From Candidatus Marinacidobacterium sp. (GTDB taxonomy: Bacteria; Acidobacteriota; Vicinamibacteria; Marinacidobacterales; Marinacidobacteraceae): a stretch of 64,000 bases of DNA. Where the stretch lies: assembly GCA_965204755.1 (NCBI GenBank), contig OZ242011.1, positions 2,816,001 to 2,880,000 of the forward strand, read 5' to 3'. Of this stretch, positions 58,777-64,000 are shown one piece after another (position 1 is the stretch's first letter; each line of letters starts with the position of its first letter). Both the position numbers and the translations under genes were made by a program. The notes under the pieces were generated by a model, which did not search any database, was not told the DNA's origin, and worked only from the letters and a program-made list of their open reading frames with translations.

Positions 58777-59649
58777 GTGAGCCTTGGGTCCGGCGGCGCG
58801 GCAGCGACCGACAGCGTGGCGGCGGGCCGCGAGCCGAAGTCCGACCGCGTCCGGCGGCTTCCGATCCGCCGCGCGCGCCTGGCGAGCCGCGTCGTCGTCG
58901 CCGTCCTGCTCGGCCTGGGTTTCGGCGGACTCCTCTTCGTCCCGTCCACTTGGTACGGCTGGACCGCCGATATCCTGCTCCGCACCTGGCTCGCGTTCCT
59001 CGGCACGGTCATGGCCCACGAGGCGGTCCACGGGCTCGTCGGCGCCACCCGGCGCGGCAACGCCTTCTGGGGGCGGCTGGCCCTGCTCCCCTGCATGGTG
59101 CCGTTCACCAACTTCCGCGGCACCCACCTCCTGCACCACGCCCACACCAACGAGCCGGGGAAGGATCCCGACCTGTTCCTCCGGCCCCGCCGCCTCTGGC
59201 TCCTGCCGTTCCGGGCGGTCGCCATGCCGCACCAGTGGTTCTTCTGGCTGCGCGGCGAGGGGCGGCTGGCCCCCGGCCACGCCCGCGACCTCGTCGGGAA
59301 CTACCTGCTCATCGCCGCCTGCTACCTCCCGGTCCTGCTCGCCGTCGGGCCGGCGCGGCTGGTCTTCGGCATGGCGCCGGTCTGCATCCTGACTTCGCTC
59401 CTGCTGTGGATCCCCTTCGCCCACCTCACCCACGAGGGCTACTCCACCGGGCCTGCCGAAGAGCGTTCCCACAACTACTACGGCCGCCCGGCCTACTGGT
59501 TCTCGCTCGGCCTGTCGATGCACCGGGAACACCACCTGAGGCCGCATCTCTCCTGGCTGGAGTTGCGCCAGTTCGTGAAGCCGGACCCGAAGCGCCGCCT
59601 GCTGCCTCGGCGGGATGTGCGGAAGGCCCAAGCGGCCGCGGCCGCTTGA
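58777..59649 (+). CDS. Membrane fatty acid desaturase family protein
   Basis: His boxes HEAVH, HLLHH and HREHH; extended -10 TGCTACATT at 58746-58754. Confidence 0.88.
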   Translation: MSLGSGGAAATDSVAAGREPKSDRVRRLPIRRARLASRVVVAVLLGLGFGGLLFVPSTWYGWTADILLRTWLAFLGTVMAHEAVHGLVGATRRGNAFWGRLALLPCMVPFTNFRGTHLLHHAHTNEPGKDPDLFLRPRRLWLLPFRAVAMPHQWFFWLRGEGRLAPGHARDLVGNYLLIAACYLPVLLAVGPARLVFGMAPVCILTSLLLWIPFAHLTHEGYSTGPAEERSHNYYGRPAYWFSLGLSMHREHHLRPHLSWLELRQFVKPDPKRRLLPRRDVRKAQAAAAA

Positions 59650-59730
59650 TCCGCCTGACGGCCGCGGCCGCTCGATCCGCCCGACGGCCGCGGCCGCTCG
59701 ATCCAACTGACGGCCGCGGCCGCTCGATCC
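59633..59730. repeat. 26-bp tandem repeat x3.8 with a 12-bp palindromic core
   Basis: CGGCCGCGGCCGCT(T/C)GATCC(GC/AA)C(T/C)GA repeated from 59633. Confidence 0.9.
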
Positions 59731-59797
59731 GAACCCGCCTCCCCCCGGCGGCGAACGCCGCGTCCGCGCCCGCCGCCCCGGCGGCCCGACCGGCCCG

Positions 59798-61060
59798 ATG
59801 AGGGAGCGGGCGCCGGCGCCGGTCGGGCCGATGCGGCTGACCGCGCCGGACCTCGCCTGCCTCACCGCCGACTCCCCGCAGCGGCCGCTGGACTACGCGG
59901 TGATCCTCCACTTCGACCGCGGCGAGGCCGATCCCTTCTCCCTGGACGACCTGCGGCGGGGGGCCGAGGAAGCCCGCCGCGCCTACCCGGTGGCCGCCAG
60001 CCGGATTCGCGGGAGCCGCTGGATCCCCTTCGCCCGGCCGCCCGGCGCGGTCGCCTGCTGGCGCCTCCCCGGCGAGGAGACCCGGCCGCTCATCCGCGAC
60101 TACCTCGCTTCGGGCTTCCGACTCGGCGAGGAGCCGCCGCTCCGGCAGTTGCTCCTCGAAAGCGGCGACCCGCCGCGTTGGAGTCTGGTGACGCGGGTGC
60201 ACCACGCCGCCTCCGACCTGACCGGCGCCCTGCTGTTCGTCGGCCGGCAACTCGCGGCGGCCCTCGGCGGGGCGCCGGAGGCGGAGCCGCAGCAGGGCCC
60301 GCCGGCGCTCCACCAGCACCGGCGCGGCCGGCGCGACCCCGGCTCGCAGGAGCCGTCCACGCCGCTCGCGGTCGCGGCCGGCCCGCCGTCCCCGGAGCGG
60401 GAGTGGATGCGGTTCACCGTGGACCGGACGCCCTTCTCCGAAGTGTCCTGGCACTTCGACGGCTTCACCTGGAACGATGTGCTGCTCGCGGCGGCGATGT
60501 CCGCGCTGGCCGACTGGAACCGGAGCCGGCGCGCCTCCGCCGCCCGGATCGGGCTCTGGGTGCCGATGAATGTGCGCCGGAACCGCTTCGCCGGCTTCGG
60601 CAACGGCGCTTCCCGGATCCGGGTGCACCGCCAGCGGGCGCCCGGCGGCACGCCCAAGGAGCGGTTCAACCAGCAACTCCGGCTGATCCGGCAGGAGGTG
60701 CTGCGCGCCCGGGTCGAAGGCGAGTGGGCCCTGCCTTCCGGCCCGTTCACCCGGCTGCTGCTCCGCGCCGCCCCGTCGGTCGCCCGGAAGTGGCTGGACC
60801 GCTCCGGGGCGGACTACGGCACCGCCGGTTTCGCCCACCTCGAGCGCTGGCCCGGCGACCGGGAGCCGGCGTTCGGGGCGGTCTCCGACCTCGAAGTCGT
60901 CTCCTGCCTGCACGAGCGCCACCCGCTCTACTTCACCGCGCTCTCCCGTCCGGAAGTCACCGAAGTGACGATCACCTGGGACCCGGCGCTGCTGAGCGCC
61001 GACGATGTCGCGACGATCGGCGCCGGGTTCCGGCGCGCCGCCGCGCTGGCCCGTCCGTGA
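59798..61060 (+). CDS. Stand-alone condensation-domain / CoA-dependent acyltransferase-like protein
   Basis: RVHHAASD (HHxxxD), FTWNDVLLAA, VPMNVR motifs. Confidence 0.72.
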   Translation: MRERAPAPVGPMRLTAPDLACLTADSPQRPLDYAVILHFDRGEADPFSLDDLRRGAEEARRAYPVAASRIRGSRWIPFARPPGAVACWRLPGEETRPLIRDYLASGFRLGEEPPLRQLLLESGDPPRWSLVTRVHHAASDLTGALLFVGRQLAAALGGAPEAEPQQGPPALHQHRRGRRDPGSQEPSTPLAVAAGPPSPEREWMRFTVDRTPFSEVSWHFDGFTWNDVLLAAAMSALADWNRSRRASAARIGLWVPMNVRRNRFAGFGNGASRIRVHRQRAPGGTPKERFNQQLRLIRQEVLRARVEGEWALPSGPFTRLLLRAAPSVARKWLDRSGADYGTAGFAHLERWPGDREPAFGAVSDLEVVSCLHERHPLYFTALSRPEVTEVTITWDPALLSADDVATIGAGFRRAAALARP

Positions 61061-62655
61061 CCGCGCCGCCGCCGGGCGCCTCGTTCCGGGAGCGGCGGGG
61101 CGAACTCCGGTGGAACGAGGGGATTCGCGCGCTCATCGCCGCCGGCCTGCGCTTCGGCGGCGGGATGGCGGCCGGCCGGCTCCGGGCCCGCCTGCGCCGC
61201 TACGCCGCCGGCCAGCGCCGGCTGCGGCGCCGCTACCGGATCGAAGCGGACACCCCGCTGACCCGCGACCTGCCGCCGCCGGAGGAGGAGGGCGCCGCCG
61301 GGCGGGGAGCGCCGGTGGCCCTGACTTCGGGGACTTCCGGCGCTCCCCGCGCCGTCGCCTATCCCCGCCGCCGGCTGTCCCTGGTGAGGCGGACCTTCAT
61401 CGAGGCGATGGCGCGGCTGATCGCCGCCGAGCAGGTCCGCCGGACCGGGTTCTACGCCTTCGGGTCGTTCGACCCGGACCGGTCGCTCGGCTCCCTGCTG
61501 ACCGCGGAGCCGAAGGCCCCTTCGCGGTTCGCGCTGCTCCAGGCGCCCTACCGCGCCCACGCCGACCCGGCGCTCCGGAAGGTCGCCGAGGAGTACGGCG
61601 TCCCGGCGGCGCGCCTGCTGGCGCTTTCGGCCTCGGACCCGGGCATCCTCTACGCCACCAACCCCTCCACGATCACCGTCTTCTTCGACGACCTGGAGGC
61701 GGACTGGGACCGGGCGCGCCGGCTGGCGGCGGCGGTCGGCGGGGAGGGGCCGGGGATCGATCCCGCCGTCCTCCGGCTGCTGGGGAAGATCGCCGCGCCC
61801 GGCGCCGCCGACCGGCTGGAACGGGTGGCGGCGAGCGCCGAGCCGCTTCCGGTGACCGACTGGGCGCCGTCCGTCCGCCTGGTGGTCTGCTGGAGCAGCG
61901 GCGCCGCCGCGCCCTTCCTGGCGGCGCTCGACCGCCGGCTCCCGCCGCCCCGCTTCCGCCGGACGCCGATGTTCTCGATGTCCACGGAGACGCTCGAGAC
62001 GATCCCGGACTACCGCGGCGGGGATGCGGCGCTCCTTCCCGCCGCTCCCGGAGTCTTCTACGAGTTCCTGCCCGCCGACGGCGCCGAGACCCCGGAGGCG
62101 CTCCTCCCGCCGACCGAACTGGCGCCGGGCCGGGAGTACGAGATGGTGGTCAGCCACGGCTTCGGCCTCCGGCGTTACCGCACCGGGGACCTCTTCCGCG
62201 TGGAGCGGCGCCGGCGCGGGCTGCCGGACCTGCGGTTCGCCCGCCGCCGGGGGATCGGCTGGTCGTTCACCGGCGAAAAACTCACCGGCGCCCAGGTCGA
62301 GTCGGCGCTCGAAACGGCGTACGAGGCCCGGCCGGAACTTCGGGCGGACTGCTTCCTCGCGCTCTTCCCCGAGGAGCGCGGCCCGGACGCGGTTCCCGGG
62401 TACTGCCTCGCCGCCTTCCGCCGGGGTGACGGGGCCGCGGAAGTCCCGTCCGGTCTCGTCGAGGAGATGGACCGGCTGCTCGCGGAGCGGAACCTCGAAT
62501 ACCGGGCGAAACGCGAGAGCGGCCGCCTCGGGCCGGTGCGTCTCCGGGAGACCGACCGCGACGGCTTCGTCCGGCGCGCGGTCGGCGGCGGCGCGGCCTC
62601 GCTCGACTCCCAGTTCAAGTTCCAGGCGTTCTACCCCCGCCTCTGGGAGGACTGA
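61057..62655 (+). CDS. GH3-family acyl-adenylate / amido synthetase-like protein
   Basis: LTSGTSGAP P-loop, FYEFLP, YEMVVS.G.GLRRYRTGD, GEKLT..QV, N.EY..KR.SGRL; GTGA overlap. Confidence 0.78.
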   Translation: MTAPPPGASFRERRGELRWNEGIRALIAAGLRFGGGMAAGRLRARLRRYAAGQRRLRRRYRIEADTPLTRDLPPPEEEGAAGRGAPVALTSGTSGAPRAVAYPRRRLSLVRRTFIEAMARLIAAEQVRRTGFYAFGSFDPDRSLGSLLTAEPKAPSRFALLQAPYRAHADPALRKVAEEYGVPAARLLALSASDPGILYATNPSTITVFFDDLEADWDRARRLAAAVGGEGPGIDPAVLRLLGKIAAPGAADRLERVAASAEPLPVTDWAPSVRLVVCWSSGAAAPFLAALDRRLPPPRFRRTPMFSMSTETLETIPDYRGGDAALLPAAPGVFYEFLPADGAETPEALLPPTELAPGREYEMVVSHGFGLRRYRTGDLFRVERRRRGLPDLRFARRRGIGWSFTGEKLTGAQVESALETAYEARPELRADCFLALFPEERGPDAVPGYCLAAFRRGDGAAEVPSGLVEEMDRLLAERNLEYRAKRESGRLGPVRLRETDRDGFVRRAVGGGAASLDSQFKFQAFYPRLWED

Positions 62656-62780
62656 GCGCGAGGGCCGTCTCGCGCGCCGGGCGCCGCTCGGTGGCGGAAC
62701 CGTCGAGGCGGGCGGATCGTTTTGGAAGGGGTGCAGCGGGGGGCGCTCCCGCCTCCCGGCGACGCGGAAGGAGAGCCCGC

Positions 62781-63683
62781 ATGAGCCACCGCATCCCCAT
62801 CGCCTTCCTGGCGGCGACCCTCATGGCGGGCCTGACAACCGGCCTGACGGCGGGCCTCGCCGCCGCCGCTCCCGGCGACCGCTGCCGCCACCGGGACACC
62901 CGCGAGTTGACCGGGGCCGCCTCGGGCTCGCTCCGGGTGGAGAGCGGCGCCGGCGCCGTCGAAATCGTCGGCGAGAACGGTCGGAGCGACTTCGCCGTGA
63001 CCGCCGAACTCTGCGCCTCCGACGCGGCCCTGCTCGAAGACTTGGGCGTGTCCCTCGCCGGGGGTCGGCTGGACACCTCCTATCCGTCCGGGGGGCTCGG
63101 CTGGAAGGGCGGCTACGCCCGGATCGCCCTCACCGTCCGCGTCCCGACCGCCACGGACATCGTGCTCGTGGACCGCTCCGGGAGCGCGGCCATCTCCGAT
63201 GTGGGGCGGGTGCGCGTGGAGGACGGTTCCGGCGCCCTCACGGTCGAACGGGTGGCCGCCGCGGAGATCGAGGACGGCTCCGGCGCCTTGGTGGTCGCGG
63301 ATGTGGCCGGCGAAGTGGAAATCCGCGACGGCTCCGGCGGCCTCACCCTGCGGCGGGTGGGCCCGGCGCGGGTGCGTGACGGTTCGGGCGCGGTAACCGT
63401 CGAGGGGGTCTCCGGCTCGCTGGAGGTGGAGGACGGCTCCGGCGACCTCGACCTGCGGGAGATCGCCGGCGGCGTGACGATCGAGGACACTTCCGGTTCC
63501 ATCGAAGTCGCCGGGGTCGGCGGGACGGTCCTGATCGAGAGCGACGGCGGGGGCGGGGTCTCCGCGCGCGACATCGAGGGCGACTTCATCGTGGTCGAAG
63601 GCCGCGCCCGGCGGATCCGTTACGAGCGGGTCGCGGGAAGCGTGGAGTTGCCGCCGGAGCGCCGCGCCGCCCGCCGCCGGTAA
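62781..63683 (+). CDS. DUF4097 / putative adhesin with DGSG beta-strand repeats
   Basis: Signal peptide then repeated (I/V)EDGSG(A/D)L.(V/L)..V.G units. Confidence 0.85.
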   Translation: MSHRIPIAFLAATLMAGLTTGLTAGLAAAAPGDRCRHRDTRELTGAASGSLRVESGAGAVEIVGENGRSDFAVTAELCASDAALLEDLGVSLAGGRLDTSYPSGGLGWKGGYARIALTVRVPTATDIVLVDRSGSAAISDVGRVRVEDGSGALTVERVAAAEIEDGSGALVVADVAGEVEIRDGSGGLTLRRVGPARVRDGSGAVTVEGVSGSLEVEDGSGDLDLREIAGGVTIEDTSGSIEVAGVGGTVLIESDGGGGVSARDIEGDFIVVEGRARRIRYERVAGSVELPPERRAARRR

Positions 63684-63690
63684 CCGCCGG

Positions 63691-64000
63691 TCAGTCCGGG
63701 GCGTCGAGGACGGCGGCGAGCCGCGCGAGCGACTCGAAGTCGCGGCCCCGGACCAGCGCCCGGCAGCCGGCTGCGGCGGCGGCCGCCCCGTCGGTTTCGG
63801 CGCGGTCGCCGAGGTGGAGCAGCGCTTCCGCCGCGATCCCCAAGTCGGCGAGGGCGCGCCGGAAGACCGCCGGATCGGGCTTGAGGCGGCCGACTTCCTC
63901 CGCCGCGTAGATGCGGTCGAACCGGCCGCCCAGTCCGAGCGCCTCGAGTTTCGCCGCCGGCTCGTAGTCCGAAACTACGACCACCCGCCCCACGCGCCGC
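63691..64000 (-). CDS. HAD-superfamily hydrolase (5'-truncated by window edge)
   Basis: VVSD, KPDP..F, HLGD..ETD motifs II-IV. Confidence 0.8.
   Translation of the reverse strand, partial: RRVGRVVVVSDYEPAAKLEALGLGGRFDRIYAAEEVGRLKPDPAVFRRALADLGIAAEALLHLGDRAETDGAAAAAAGCRALVRGRDFESLARLAAVLDAPD

Noticed and set aside
63190-63560. Repeated GACGGCTCCGG DNA motifs
   Set aside because: They encode the DGSG protein repeats of the DUF4097 protein.

Overview
A 64-kb window from a very GC-rich bacterium. Gene content is consistent with Acidobacteriota, possibly host/sponge-associated (inference only). The backbone is housekeeping and catabolic: rnpB, comEA plus a FimT-like pilin, a probable (hydroxy)proline catabolic cluster with two-subunit aconitase X, carAB, transketolase, threonine aldolase and a TIGR03960-type radical SAM protein. 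Interspersed are defence-like modules (two type II R-M loci, an ABC-ATPase + PD-(D/E)xK pair, a PLD nuclease), four copies of a ~221-bp MITE, a poly-G promoter that looks phase-variable, and a small desaturase/condensation-domain/GH3 biosynthetic operon. The most striking element is 7521-9497. A stand-alone BECR-fold (PBECR2/MuF-C-terminus-like) putative RNase gene is followed immediately by five diverged copies of a 107-109-nt multi-stem RNA. Its 5-bp pseudoknot covaries perfectly across copies, and each copy has its own minus-strand -10 box. This is a candidate new nuclease/RNA-antitoxin (type III-like) system. All protein assignments come from motif recognition by eye; no searches were run, and several start codons are estimates.
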